Source of the DNA: Alphaproteobacteria bacterium
Lineage (GTDB): Bacteria; Pseudomonadota; Alphaproteobacteria; Rs-D84
Reading direction: 5' to 3'
NCBI GenBank assembly: GCA_031549365.1
Contig: JAVBPX010000004.1
Location: forward strand, 1-64,000
Length of the DNA: 64,000 nt
Made by a program: the position numbers and the translations under genes. Of this stretch, positions 30,775 to 41,193 are shown piece by piece (within the stretch, counting starts at the first letter, position 1; each line of letters begins with the position of its first letter). The notes under the pieces are model-generated. The model saw only the letters and a program-made list of their open reading frames with translations. It had not been told where the DNA came from and searched no databases.

Positions 30775-31263
30775 ATGGCAGTAGTAATTCGTCTTGCCCG
30801 TCATGGATCAAAAAAACATCCATATTATCACATCGTAGTTACAGACAGCAGAAATGCTCGTAACAGCGGAAAAATCTTGGAACGCATTGGATCACATAAC
30901 CCAATGTTACCACGAGAACACACAGATCGTACAAAATTTGATTCTGAACGCGCAACATATTGGATGGGCGTTGGTGCGAAACCATCTGACCGCGTGTATC
31001 GTTTCTTTGCTAATGCTGGATTGGTTGCAAAGCGCGAAGCCCCAGTTCAAACAAAACAACATTTGCAAAAAGAAAAAACTTTGTTAAAAATCAAAGACAA
31101 AGAAGATAAATTACGCAAAATCGCCGAAGCCAAAGCCGCCGAAGAAGCAAAATTGGCCGAAGAAGCTGCCGCAGCCAAAGCAGCTGCCGAAGCACCAGCG
31201 GAACCAGTTGCCACAGAAACACAGGCCGAAGCCGTTGAAACAACAGAAACCGCAGCTGAATAA
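30775..31263 (+). CDS. rpsP: 30S ribosomal protein S16 with Ala/Glu-rich tail
   Basis: [34 protein letters not shown]. Confidence 0.96.
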   Translation: MAVVIRLARHGSKKHPYYHIVVTDSRNARNSGKILERIGSHNPMLPREHTDRTKFDSERATYWMGVGAKPSDRVYRFFANAGLVAKREAPVQTKQHLQKEKTLLKIKDKEDKLRKIAEAKAAEEAKLAEEAAAAKAAAEAPAEPVATETQAEAVETTETAAE

Positions 31264-31271
31264 TTATAAAC

Positions 31272-31763
31272 ATGTCCAACACAGATCGCGTTTTAATTGG
31301 AAAAATCGTCGCAGCGCAAGGATTGCGTGGTCAGGTTCGTGTACAATCGTACACGGATCAACCAGACGAACTCTTCAATTATGGTGAAATTCGGGACCAA
31401 AATAACAATGTTGTGTCAATTAAATTTGATCGCGTGGCATCACGTGATGTTGTTATTGCATCTGTATCGGGAACAACCGATCGTAATGGTGCCGAATTAT
31501 TACGCGGACGTGAATTATACATAAATCGCGATCAATTACCAAAAATTGATGACGATGAATTTTATGTTTATGATTTAATCGGAATGCCTGTTATAACTGA
31601 TCAAAAATTAAATTTAGGTCATGTTATAACTGTACATAATTTCGGTGCCAGCGATATATTGGAAGTCGGAACATCCGAACGCGATTCAGTAATGATTGCA
31701 TTTCCAATGGCAAATGTTGATATGAATAACAAAATCATAACGGTACCACATGACGCAATTTAA
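31272..31763 (+). CDS. rimM: Ribosome maturation factor RimM
   Basis: IGKIVAAQGLRG, EFYVYDLIG, HNFGASDILE; conserved operon position. Confidence 0.95.
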   Translation: MSNTDRVLIGKIVAAQGLRGQVRVQSYTDQPDELFNYGEIRDQNNNVVSIKFDRVASRDVVIASVSGTTDRNGAELLRGRELYINRDQLPKIDDDEFYVYDLIGMPVITDQKLNLGHVITVHNFGASDILEVGTSERDSVMIAFPMANVDMNNKIITVPHDAI

Positions 31764-32436
31764 TGTTAACGTTTTAACATTATTCCCTGAAATGTTCCCA
31801 GGCACACTGGGCCATTCATTGGCGAAACGCGCATTGGAAAATGAAACTTGGTCAATTAACACGATTAACATTCGCGATTTTGCACATGACGTCCATAAAA
31901 CTGTTGATGATACACCGTATGGTGGCGGCGCTGGGATGGTTTTAAAACCAGATGTTGTTGCCGACGCAATCGACAGTATCGACAAATCCAAACGCGGTGA
32001 AATAATTTATTTCAGTCCTCGCGGGAAACCATTAAACCAACAAATGGTTCGTGAATTTGCAAAATGCGAAAACATTACATTAATTTGTGGCCGATACGAA
32101 GGCTTGGACCAACGCGTAATCGATGAATATAATATGACTGAAATCTCAATTGGCGATTATATTTTATCTGGCGGCGAATTGGCAGCCCAAGTTTTTATTG
32201 ACACTATCGTTCGTTTATTGGACAATGTGGTAAACAGCAAAGAAAGTCTTTGCAACGAAAGTTTCGAAATGGGATATTTGGAATACCCTCATTTCACCAG
32301 ACCGGAAACATGGCGTGGACGGGGCGTCCCAGAAGTCCTGTTGTCTGGTCATCACAAAAAGATCACGGACTGGCGTCGTGACATGGCGATTGAAATCACC
32401 AGGGAACGCAGACCAGATCTTTTGAAAAACAAATAA
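31750..32436 (+). CDS. trmD: tRNA (m1G37) methyltransferase
   Basis: LTLFPEMF, VDDTPYGGGAGM, CGRYEGLDQR, SIGDYILSGGE. Confidence 0.97.
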   Translation: MTQFNVNVLTLFPEMFPGTLGHSLAKRALENETWSINTINIRDFAHDVHKTVDDTPYGGGAGMVLKPDVVADAIDSIDKSKRGEIIYFSPRGKPLNQQMVREFAKCENITLICGRYEGLDQRVIDEYNMTEISIGDYILSGGELAAQVFIDTIVRLLDNVVNSKESLCNESFEMGYLEYPHFTRPETWRGRGVPEVLLSGHHKKITDWRRDMAIEITRERRPDLLKNK

Positions 32437-32451
32437 AAGGAAAAATAAAAA

Positions 32452-32856
32452 ATGACAAACATCATTAAAAAAATCGAAAACAAACAAATCGAAAAATTGA
32501 CTGCGGATCGCGCCATCCCTGACTTCAAGGCTGGGGACACTCTGAAAGTTTACGTTAAAATCAAAGAAGGCGACAAAACACGTACCCAGTTGTTCGAAGG
32601 CGTATGCATTTCACGCACTGGTGCTGGATCAAACGCAATGTTCACAGTACGCAAAGAATCACACGGTGTTGGTGTTGAACGCAAATTTCCATTGTATTCA
32701 CCAATGATTGAAAAAATCGAAAAAATCCGTATTGGTTCTGTTCGTCGCGCTAAATTATATTTCTTGCGCAAATTGTCCGGCAAGAAAGCACGTATCGTCG
32801 AAGATTTGTCTGCGACTGCTGCTGAAAAAGCTGAACGTAACGCCGCAAAAAAATAA
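32452..32856 (+). CDS. rplS: 50S ribosomal protein L19
   Basis: [34 protein letters not shown]. Confidence 0.97.
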   Translation: MTNIIKKIENKQIEKLTADRAIPDFKAGDTLKVYVKIKEGDKTRTQLFEGVCISRTGAGSNAMFTVRKESHGVGVERKFPLYSPMIEKIEKIRIGSVRRAKLYFLRKLSGKKARIVEDLSATAAEKAERNAAKK

Positions 32857-32872
32857 CAGCAAAGGTGTAATA

Positions 32873-33352
32873 ATGAATATCCTGGGCCGTATTTTAAAAT
32901 CATTGCGCAAACTGGCAGATTCAGATCGTCCCGTCGAAGCAATCCTGGGATTATTCATTATTGTCATCGCTGTTTACTTTCTTGTTGTTGGAATTACCTC
33001 AAAAACTACAAATGTTGTTGGCGGCTATACGCTGAACACAACTGTTGACAGCGTTGCCAACCTACCTACTGGATCATTTGTTATGATTCACGGCATCCAA
33101 GTTGGAACCGTATCAAACATTCATTTGAACCCAACAAACTATCGCGTTCATATACAAATGAACATCAATTCAAATATTAAAATTCCGAACGATTCAAGTG
33201 TTGAAATCGTGTCTGCTGGATTAATGTCCGATAAATATATTCGTGTCATTCCTGGATCATCCAACGAAACATTTAAACCAAATGACAATGTTCCCGGCAA
33301 ATCTGCCGAAACATTGGAAGAAATGATTGGCAAAATGGTATTTTCATTATGA
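32873..33352 (+). CDS. mlaD: MCE/MlaD family protein
   Basis: TM anchor, GSFVMIHGIQVGTV, IPNDSSVEIVSAGLMSDKYIRVIPG. Confidence 0.85.
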   Translation: MNILGRILKSLRKLADSDRPVEAILGLFIIVIAVYFLVVGITSKTTNVVGGYTLNTTVDSVANLPTGSFVMIHGIQVGTVSNIHLNPTNYRVHIQMNINSNIKIPNDSSVEIVSAGLMSDKYIRVIPGSSNETFKPNDNVPGKSAETLEEMIGKMVFSL

Positions 33353-33738
33353 AGAATTTATTGATCGCACTATTTTTAATTATACCACTAACCGCTTTTT
33401 CGGATGATGTCGATGTTGTTCAAAATGACACATCATTAATCGCAAAAAAATCTGCCACTTTACAAATTTTAGATAAACCATCTGGCAAAACAAAAACAAT
33501 TACTATACCATTAAATCACACGGAAAAATTCGATAAATTATCAATAACCGCCCTGGCCTGTTATCAAACACCAGAATACCGGGCCGAAGAACACACCGTG
33601 TTTTTACAAATAAAAAAACGCACTGGCGCCGATTCTCGCGACCAACAGATATTTTCTGGCTGGATGTATAAAAACGTTCCTGGCCAAAATCCAATCCAAG
33701 ACGACACATACGACGTTTGGCTTATTAATTGCCAATAA
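33349..33738 (+). CDS. DUF2155 family protein
   Basis: ATLQILDK, IFSGWM, YDVWLINC. Confidence 0.85.
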   Translation: MKNLLIALFLIIPLTAFSDDVDVVQNDTSLIAKKSATLQILDKPSGKTKTITIPLNHTEKFDKLSITALACYQTPEYRAEEHTVFLQIKKRTGADSRDQQIFSGWMYKNVPGQNPIQDDTYDVWLINCQ

Positions 33739-33831
33739 AATTTAATCTTTATTTTTGCGAATAGCACATCCAATCTTTGATTGACAAGCACATCGCCATC
33801 CTTAAATTCCTAGATTTTTCATCAAACAAAA

Positions 33832-33960
33832 AATTATCAATCAAAATATGATCATTGGATGTATTGCCGACGTTTTTTCAGCGGACGGAGTGTATTCGAC
33901 ATACATGACCCCGCGAAAAAACGAACAATGCGCCTTTGGGCGCATTTTCATTGATTAATT
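33832..33960. repeat. About 125-bp imperfect intergenic palindrome (family B, copy 1)
   Basis: atcaatcaaaatatg...cgttttttcagcgg [cggagtgtat...atacatga] ccgcgaaaaaacg...cgcattttcattgat. Confidence 0.75.
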
Positions 33961-34809
33961 ACTCATTTTTTGCATCATCAATCCGGTACCCACATTCAAC
34001 AATGGACTCAACCCACTACCCTGTTGGGTAATTGACATAACTGATTGCATGGTGTCGCCCAAATTTCCACCGGCCCCACCAGATCCCGCAGCACCGATAA
34101 CCTGGGTCGCGAATCCCATCCATGCTTCTTGTTTCTTTTTATTCAATTGAACAACCGAACATTTCTCGGTTTTTTCAATCAATTTATTTGCTTGATTAAA
34201 TTCAGATGATAAATAATCCTCTGGTCCAAAATATGAATTGGAAATCACTGCAAATATATCATACACATTGCTGACCGTAATCGCGGTTGATTCCGCATCG
34301 TAATCATTTTTTTTAACCTTGGCTGTTTCTGGTTTTGGGAAACCGTTCCAAACCATGCTTGCATCCGCCGCAGAATCAAAAATCGGAGTACATGGCGAAA
34401 CGCCAGACGCACCACGGTAAATATAATTTGCGTTCACAGAATAATTGCTGGTCGCGTTACCACAAATCATCATCCCCTTGCCCATTGCAGCAATAAATGT
34501 ATTCGCATCCACAGAATTCGTTTTTGCCAATTCTTGGACCATTTTTGTAACAAACGCAACATCTGACGCCGAAGGCGCACATTCAGCACTCATTGATTTA
34601 ATATTTCGATTAATGCTGACAGCTCCCATCCCCAATGCAATGGCTGATTGTAATAAATTATCACCCAACATATTTTTATTCCCAGCCGTCGTACCCGAAG
34701 CCCCGATTGAACTGGCCTTTTTCACAGTATACGAAGACGCAGCCATGGCGTTATTGGCCATAACCACGGATAATATTGTCGGTAAAATAATTGCTCCCTT
34801 CCTGAACAT
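33955..34809 (-). CDS. Secreted hypothetical protein
   Basis: Signal peptide ending ANNAMA, four Cys, Gly-rich C-terminus; no family recognised. Confidence 0.7.
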   Translation of the reverse strand: MFRKGAIILPTILSVVMANNAMAASSYTVKKASSIGASGTTAGNKNMLGDNLLQSAIALGMGAVSINRNIKSMSAECAPSASDVAFVTKMVQELAKTNSVDANTFIAAMGKGMMICGNATSNYSVNANYIYRGASGVSPCTPIFDSAADASMVWNGFPKPETAKVKKNDYDAESTAITVSNVYDIFAVISNSYFGPEDYLSSEFNQANKLIEKTEKCSVVQLNKKKQEAWMGFATQVIGAAGSGGAGGNLGDTMQSVMSITQQGSGLSPLLNVGTGLMMQKMSN

Positions 34810-34896
34810 ACTGATATTATATCACGAAATGAAAAGCTGTGCAAAACATTTTTTATGGTTGTATTTTGGAAAATCTGTTGGTAAAATCAACAAACT

Positions 34897-35412
34897 ATGA
34901 AAAAAAAATCAAACAACAGACAATTGATTGTAACAACGCGACACAAACGGACAAACCGTCGTTTGCGTTATTTTTTTGTTATGTCTGGAATGTTATTATT
35001 GGTTGCATTAATCGTTGCTCCGACACTACGTCGCGAATTATTATTTACACCAATCGAAATTCCGCGCACAAATATCGCCCAACCGGATCAATTTCGCATA
35101 TCCGACGCATCATTTGCAGGACACGACAATAACAACAACCCTTTCACAATGCAGGCAAAAACCGCCCGCCAGGAATTTAACGATTCAGATCGCATATTTG
35201 TTGAACAAATTCATGCAACAATGATCCAAGTTGATGGCATAAAAAACGATATCCGTGCCACACACGGCGTTTATACTAAATCAAAGAATGAAATTAAATT
35301 AACTGGCAATGTAACAGTTAAGTCATCCGATGGCAACACATTGCAAACTCATGAACTGGTCATATTGGTCAAAGGATCAATGGATTTAATGCCAACCACA
35401 CGGGGGAAATAA
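34897..35412 (+). CDS. lptC: LPS export protein LptC-like
   Basis: N-terminal TM, FAGHDNNNNPFTMQAKTA, IKLTGNVTV; directly upstream of lptB. Confidence 0.75.
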   Translation: MKKKSNNRQLIVTTRHKRTNRRLRYFFVMSGMLLLVALIVAPTLRRELLFTPIEIPRTNIAQPDQFRISDASFAGHDNNNNPFTMQAKTARQEFNDSDRIFVEQIHATMIQVDGIKNDIRATHGVYTKSKNEIKLTGNVTVKSSDGNTLQTHELVILVKGSMDLMPTTRGK

Positions 35413-36149
35413 TGTTCAAGGGAAATTCCGGAATTTTACGGGTCCGCAACCTGTCAAAAAAATACGGCAAGCGCACTGTGTTAAATGGTATTGATTTGGA
35501 AGTAAACCAGGGTGAATCCGTTGGATTATTGGGACCAAACGGCGCCGGCAAGACAACATGCTTTTACTGCATAACCGGTCAGATCAAGGCATCCGGCGGT
35601 CAAATATTTTTAAATTCCCAAGACATTACCCATCTACCTTTCTTTCAACGAGCACGTTTAAAAATTGGATATTTACCACAAGAGGCTTCGGTGTTCCGTT
35701 CTCTGACCGTGGCTGAAAACATCATGGCAATTTTGGAAGTGGTCGAACCAGATTCAAAAAAACGTTTGGAAAAACTGGATAATTTACTAAACGAATTTTC
35801 AATCAAACATTTGGAAAAATCACCAGCCATTGCGTTATCCGGCGGCGAACGTCGCCGTGTAGAAATCGCACGAGCATTGGCATCCGATCCAAAATTTATT
35901 TTATTGGACGAACCATTCGCCGGCATTGATCCAATTGCAGTTAACGACATCCGTGTATTGGTATCGCATTTAAAAAATCGCGGTCTGGGCGTTATCATAA
36001 CGGATCACAATGTTCGCGAAACATTGGGTATTACCGATCGCGCATATGTATTGCATGGTGGAAAAATTTTAAAACACGGAACATCGGCAGAAATCATTGG
36101 CGACAAATCTGTCCGCAAAGTATACCTGGGCGAAGATTTCAAATTATAA
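35412..36149 (+). CDS. lptB: LPS export ABC transporter ATPase
   Basis: GLLGPNGAGKTT, YLPQEASVFR, LSGGERRR, DEPFAGIDP, TDHNVRETL, VYLGEDF. Confidence 0.97.
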   Translation: MFKGNSGILRVRNLSKKYGKRTVLNGIDLEVNQGESVGLLGPNGAGKTTCFYCITGQIKASGGQIFLNSQDITHLPFFQRARLKIGYLPQEASVFRSLTVAENIMAILEVVEPDSKKRLEKLDNLLNEFSIKHLEKSPAIALSGGERRRVEIARALASDPKFILLDEPFAGIDPIAVNDIRVLVSHLKNRGLGVIITDHNVRETLGITDRAYVLHGGKILKHGTSAEIIGDKSVRKVYLGEDFKL

Positions 36150-36185
36150 TAAAAATCTCACAAAAATAATTTTATACCCAAAACT

Positions 36186-36315
36186 ATAAAACACATCAAA
36201 ATGGGATGAATGTAAAGAATTTTTTAATTTTTTCGGACCGCGGTGTATATGAACATACATAAGGTTCGAAAAAATTAAAAACTTATTTTCAGTCGCCCGT
36301 TTTCATGTGTTTTAT
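36186..36315. repeat. About 130-bp imperfect intergenic palindrome (family B, copy 2)
   Basis: ataaaacacatcaaaatggg...tttttaattttttcggacc [gcggtgtat...atacataa] ggttcgaaaaaattaaaaa...cccgttttcatgtgttttat. Confidence 0.8.
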
Positions 36316-37022
36316 TGAATACTACCGGTGGCTGGGTAAAAAGTCAACCGCACAGAACTCCACACATCATACATTTCCGTTGGCAACATTGAAAACGGTT
36401 GGCAAACCGAAATTGCCATTTTAACCGTATCCAAAGCATATAAAAATGCAGAATCGTTTCGAGATTCTTCGTCAAACCAAACGCTGTTAACGCGCCCTTC
36501 GCGCGATAACGACATATGCGCAACGATCCGAACATTTTCCAATCCAGGTCGCATTGAATCAATATGCCAACAACGCGTCATAGCAACACGTAATGCATCT
36601 GTAACCGACACGGTCATTGTGCGATTTAACGGCGCAGATGTGCGATTAACCATCATAACTTTATTCGGTTGAATTGGTTTTTTTTCAACCACTTTTTCGT
36701 TTGATTCGCCCTGACCCACTTCTTTGGCGGCGTTCACAGGCGTAACATCACCAGCAACAATTGTTTTATCACGCGTAATTTTAACAGACGACAAATCAAT
36801 ATCAATTATTTTCATACGCTCTGGGGCAACAACAATATCATCCGTCGCAAAAATAAACGACGTTAACAACATTGCGACAACAATTAAATGAACAATCGTG
36901 GACAACCCGATATTTTCCAATAAAAATTCTTTTTTGTGACGCGGAATATTTACAAACCAGTCGGCAAATTGACGCGCCCATAATTGAATTTTTAATAAAA
37001 ACTTTTTGAGTCTATCTTTCAT
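36312..37022 (-). CDS. Short TolA/TonB-like energy transducer
   Basis: TM with SxxxH (STIVH); C-terminal RCW...A..CQPF..LP...YDVW....LTFYP domain; downstream of tolQR. Confidence 0.7.
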   Translation of the reverse strand: MKDRLKKFLLKIQLWARQFADWFVNIPRHKKEFLLENIGLSTIVHLIVVAMLLTSFIFATDDIVVAPERMKIIDIDLSSVKITRDKTIVAGDVTPVNAAKEVGQGESNEKVVEKKPIQPNKVMMVNRTSAPLNRTMTVSVTDALRVAMTRCWHIDSMRPGLENVRIVAHMSLSREGRVNSVWFDEESRNDSAFLYALDTVKMAISVCQPFSMLPTEMYDVWSSVRLTFYPATGSIQ

Positions 37023-37423
37023 TAATCTGGAATCCGTGTACGTAATCCAACGCGAGCAAACCCGGCATCCTTTAATGCACCCATTAATTCAATTACTTGG
37101 CCATACGATGCGGCCTGATCTCCATTAATCATAATTGTTAATTTTTCATTTTCTGTTTTCATGGCCAACATTTTTTTAACAATTGCAGATTTGGTCATTT
37201 CAGCCTTGCCCATATAATAACGGCCACGATTATCAACACTTAATTGAATTGCATGATCATCACCGGATACAGATCCATGACCCGCTTTTGGCAAATCCAA
37301 ATCCAAGCCACTGGTCATCATTGGCGTTGTAACAACAAACACAGCCAATAAAACCGTCATAACATCAATCATAGGCGTTAATGTTAACGTAGCCGAATTA
37401 TCCAAAGAATTTCTGCGTGCCAT
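37022..37423 (-). CDS. tolR: TolR/ExbD
   Basis: LTPMIDVMTVLL, LDLPKA, INGD...YGQVIELM. Confidence 0.88.
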   Translation of the reverse strand: MARRNSLDNSATLTLTPMIDVMTVLLAVFVVTTPMMTSGLDLDLPKAGHGSVSGDDHAIQLSVDNRGRYYMGKAEMTKSAIVKKMLAMKTENEKLTIMINGDQAASYGQVIELMGALKDAGFARVGLRTRIPD

Positions 37424-37427
37424 TTAA

Positions 37428-38045
37428 TTATGCCCCTGGGTTCATAATATCAATTGATGCTTTGACCATTAAATCTTTTTTAACCACATCAATTCTGTTA
37501 TATAAATCGTCATTTCTCTTTACAAAATATTGATAAAACACAGCGGCTGGGATCGCAACAATTAATCCCAATGCAGTTGTCCCCAAAGCCACGGCAATCC
37601 CAGGCGCAACAACAGCCAGAGATGTTGATTGATTTGCCCCAATGGATGCAAATGTCTGCATAACACCCCAAATTGTTCCAAACAATCCAACAAAAGGCGC
37701 AACAACAGATGCCATAGATAAAAAGTACAAACGATTATCAAATGTTGCAATTAATTTATCTTGCAACATATCCAAACGCGTTTGTAATTGCTCCAAAACA
37801 TTCGACGCATTGGAATTTGCAACACGAACACCATTTGGACGCAATAATTCACGAGCGGTTTTTTCAGCTTCTGCACGGAACATACTCATAACCATTCCAG
37901 TTTTCTTTTCTGCGCCAAATAAACGAAATTTTTCAACAATAATCGCCCAAGTAATAATTGATCCTGCAACTAATAATAATGACGCCAACAACACCATTAA
38001 ATCATCGCCACCAAACAACATCAATAATGAAAAATCAGATTTCAT
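37428..38045 (-). CDS. tolQ: TolQ/ExbB
   Basis: APFVGLFGTIWG, SLAVVAPGIAVAL, TALGLIVAIPA. Confidence 0.9.
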   Translation of the reverse strand: MKSDFSLLMLFGGDDLMVLLASLLLVAGSIITWAIIVEKFRLFGAEKKTGMVMSMFRAEAEKTARELLRPNGVRVANSNASNVLEQLQTRLDMLQDKLIATFDNRLYFLSMASVVAPFVGLFGTIWGVMQTFASIGANQSTSLAVVAPGIAVALGTTALGLIVAIPAAVFYQYFVKRNDDLYNRIDVVKKDLMVKASIDIMNPGA

Positions 38046-38056
38046 GTTTTCTCCTT

Positions 38057-38461
38057 CTATTCTGAAATTTTAAAATAAGGCAGCCATTCATCCGGAATTC
38101 GTTTCGGACGATGTGTCTTGCCATCAATAAATACAACGTTTATTTTTAATACTGCACATTCTTCGCCATTAAAAACAAATTTCTGTTCAACTGTAACACG
38201 CGCAGATGTCAAATGTATCGTTTTTGATTCAATGACAAATGTCTGTCCCAACATTAATGGTTTTATATATTTTATATCCAATGAATGAATTACCCAAATC
38301 CCATCATCATGATCCATAAATGATGGCGCACCACGACGTTCAGCATCCAAAAACATTTGCGTACGGGCACGTTCTGCAATTTCAATATACCGGGCGTGAT
38401 AAACAATCCCGCCAGCATCCGTATCGGCATACGCAATTGTAAATTCAAATTTATGCATCAT
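38057..38461 (-). CDS. ybgC: YbgC/FadM acyl-CoA thioesterase
   Basis: [15 protein letters not shown]; located between ruvB and tolQ. Confidence 0.9.
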   Translation of the reverse strand: MMHKFEFTIAYADTDAGGIVYHARYIEIAERARTQMFLDAERRGAPSFMDHDDGIWVIHSLDIKYIKPLMLGQTFVIESKTIHLTSARVTVEQKFVFNGEECAVLKINVVFIDGKTHRPKRIPDEWLPYFKISE

Positions 38462-39470
38462 TTTCCCCGTTTTTTTTCGGACAAATAATTCCCAAATGAT
38501 CATATCCGCCTGCTGTTACCATGCGACCGCGAGGGGTCCTTTGCAAAAATCCCTGTTGTAATAAATATGGTTCAATCATGTCTTCGATTGTATCAATTGA
38601 TTCGGATAACATGGCCGCCAATGTTTCAATACCGACTGGACCACCAGCATAATGTTTAACAATCGCATTTAAATAGTTACGATCCATTTCATCCAAACCG
38701 CGTGCATCCACAGCCAATTGCTTTAAGGCCGCATTAATTATTTCTGCTGAAATTGTATCTGATTTCATTACCTGGGCAAAATCACGAACTCGTTTTAATA
38801 AACGATTTGCAATACGTGGTGTTCCACGGGATGATACAGCCAAACAACGCGCACCATCATCATCAATTTTAATTCCCAGTATCGCTGCGCTGCGCCTAAT
38901 AATCGTTGCCAATGCGTCGACATCATAAAAATTCAACCGCATGCCAATTCCAAAACGATCACGTAATGGGTTTGATAATAGCCCCGTACGGGTTGTCGCG
39001 CCAATCAATGTAAAAGGAGGCAAATCAATTTTAACAGAACGTGCTGTTGGACCCTCGCCAATCATGATATCCAACTGATAATCTTCCATCGCAGAATACA
39101 ATACTTCCTCGATCGATGTGGATAAACGATGAATTTCATCAATGAATAAAACATCCATCGGTTCCAAATTTGTTAATATCGCAGCTAAATCGCCCTGTTT
39201 TGTTAACATCGGCGCAGAAGTTGATCGAAATCCAACGCCCAACTCGGATGAAACAATATGCGCCAACGTGGTTTTTCCCAACCCCGGTGGGCCATAAAAT
39301 AAAACATGGTCCATTGCTTCACGACGATCACGTGCGGCCGATATAAAAACAGACAAATTATTTTTCATATCATCTTGGCCGATAAAATCACACAACGTTT
39401 TTGGGCGAACAGAAGTCATAGCATCGTCCCGAATCGTTGGATCAATAAAACGCTTGTTTGTATCGTTCAT
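38451..39470 (-). CDS. ruvB: Holliday junction helicase RuvB
   Basis: [41 protein letters not shown]. Confidence 0.98.
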   Translation of the reverse strand: MNDTNKRFIDPTIRDDAMTSVRPKTLCDFIGQDDMKNNLSVFISAARDRREAMDHVLFYGPPGLGKTTLAHIVSSELGVGFRSTSAPMLTKQGDLAAILTNLEPMDVLFIDEIHRLSTSIEEVLYSAMEDYQLDIMIGEGPTARSVKIDLPPFTLIGATTRTGLLSNPLRDRFGIGMRLNFYDVDALATIIRRSAAILGIKIDDDGARCLAVSSRGTPRIANRLLKRVRDFAQVMKSDTISAEIINAALKQLAVDARGLDEMDRNYLNAIVKHYAGGPVGIETLAAMLSESIDTIEDMIEPYLLQQGFLQRTPRGRMVTAGGYDHLGIICPKKNGENDA

Positions 39471-40123
39471 TATAACAACTTCATATCGTCTTTTTCTCGG
39501 CCGACATACCCCTTGATATCATCGTACAATTTACGTAATGTTGATGTATATTTTGCATCAGCACCCTTGATTAAAATTGTTTCCAATTTAATTTCAGCCT
39601 GAGTCTTTAAAACCTTGGTCAAATATGAACCAAATGATAACGATGATTGATCTTCGGCGTCACCCTGAATTAATAATCCACGATTTGGACGCGGAGATAA
39701 AAATGAAAAATCCTGGCGCGTGGTATTTGGCGAAACCATTACAAATCCTGAAACTTCTGGGCGACGCATTAAAGTTTGCATCACCAACCAAGCGCCAAAA
39801 TCGTATCCTGCCAACCATAACTTTGGGCTCTCTTCGTTTTTATTCTGAATCCAATCAATCACAACAGCAATATCCATCATATTGTTCAGAGGATCTGATT
39901 GATCGCCAGAAGACAATCCAACACCACGATAGTTAAATCTAACAACGGAAAAACCAATATCCGCAAACGCACGAAACATTCCGTATGACACACGATCATT
40001 CATATGACATCCATGTACGGGATCCCCTGGGAATACTACTGCCAATGGGGCATCATTAACCTCGGCCTTATGATAAACTGCATGAATTTTTCCAGCCTCG
40101 CCCGTAATAATTACATCAACCAT
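39470..40123 (-). CDS. Alpha/beta-fold hydrolase homologue with altered catalytic motifs
   Basis: [10 protein letters not shown] and [21 protein letters not shown] match the conserved alphaproteobacterial family (usually GFSFG). Confidence 0.8.
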   Translation of the reverse strand: MVDVIITGEAGKIHAVYHKAEVNDAPLAVVFPGDPVHGCHMNDRVSYGMFRAFADIGFSVVRFNYRGVGLSSGDQSDPLNNMMDIAVVIDWIQNKNEESPKLWLAGYDFGAWLVMQTLMRRPEVSGFVMVSPNTTRQDFSFLSPRPNRGLLIQGDAEDQSSLSFGSYLTKVLKTQAEIKLETILIKGADAKYTSTLRKLYDDIKGYVGREKDDMKLL

Positions 40124-40281
40124 AAAACTTTCCTTTCCATCTATGTTTATAACACCCACAGTCTAGTACAAAATGATAACAAAAAGCAATTGTAAAATTA
40201 CACTTTACAAAAGCGTGAATATTGTGGTATCAATACATGAAACAAACATAAAATTTCGGGGCAAGTTAAGGAGAATACACC

Positions 40282-41193
40282 ATGAACCGCCTAGTGATAG
40301 CATCAGCATTTATCGGATTAACCATACCGTGCGCATACGCCGTTGTTGGCCAAGATTTAAACCAAGTGTACGTTGCAAACACACCTGTGGCATCATATAT
40401 GGCGGTACCAAACGACCCATATTACGTTCCTGAAACTCAATTCATGCAGAGAACAGATTCTGTAAATTACGACGACAACATTGATTATGTTCGCACACAA
40501 ATGCAAACATCAAATCCTGGCGTTAATTTTGCAAAAAAACCCGTCGTTGTTTGCCGTAGTGCTGGTTGCACACGATTAAATGATCGTATTACCCGCACAT
40601 ATTTATTCAACAGCTTATCCAATTTATTTATGTTGAACGCACATTCACGCATGCATATTTGCGAGGCAGAACCCTTTACCCGCGCATGCTTGCAATCGGG
40701 AATTACTTTTCCGGCCCGCGTTGGCGCAGCCGCCGCATTAATCAAGGTTCCATACGCCCAAGTATCCCAGGTTTCACAAACTCCTGGCTTGTCGCGCACA
40801 CAAATTGAATTAACATATTCATTTTTAATCAACGGAATTGAAAACCAATGCAACCAAACCATTGCAGATATCGTAATTCCAAACAACGAACAGGTTTCAT
40901 TATTCAACCGCGATTTCACATGCCGCATGACATCCGACGCCCCCAGCAACGTTTCATTGTTATTAAACATTGATTACATTGATTTGGATTACGGCATTAT
41001 CGGCGGTTATTATTCATTCGGAATGCAGGGCCCAGCCCAAGGCGGCGGCACAGGATACGCATTATTCCGCACCGAATACACTTCAACATCGGGCCAGGTT
41101 AAAAATGCCAAAGGCTTGATATACGACCAAGTATCCGATTACGATAAAACAATTCGCCCTGGCGAATTCCAAGTGGGTCCCCTGGATAAATAA
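40282..41193 (+). CDS. Secreted hypothetical protein
   Basis: RBS AGGAG, signal peptide, several Cys; stop overlaps the response regulator ATG. Confidence 0.75.
   Translation: MNRLVIASAFIGLTIPCAYAVVGQDLNQVYVANTPVASYMAVPNDPYYVPETQFMQRTDSVNYDDNIDYVRTQMQTSNPGVNFAKKPVVVCRSAGCTRLNDRITRTYLFNSLSNLFMLNAHSRMHICEAEPFTRACLQSGITFPARVGAAAALIKVPYAQVSQVSQTPGLSRTQIELTYSFLINGIENQCNQTIADIVIPNNEQVSLFNRDFTCRMTSDAPSNVSLLLNIDYIDLDYGIIGGYYSFGMQGPAQGGGTGYALFRTEYTSTSGQVKNAKGLIYDQVSDYDKTIRPGEFQVGPLDK

Noticed and set aside
33771-33783. caatctttgattg, identical to the hairpin at 2676-2688
   Set aside because: A single 13-mer match is expected by chance in 64 kb, and the rest of the tRNA-linked element is absent.
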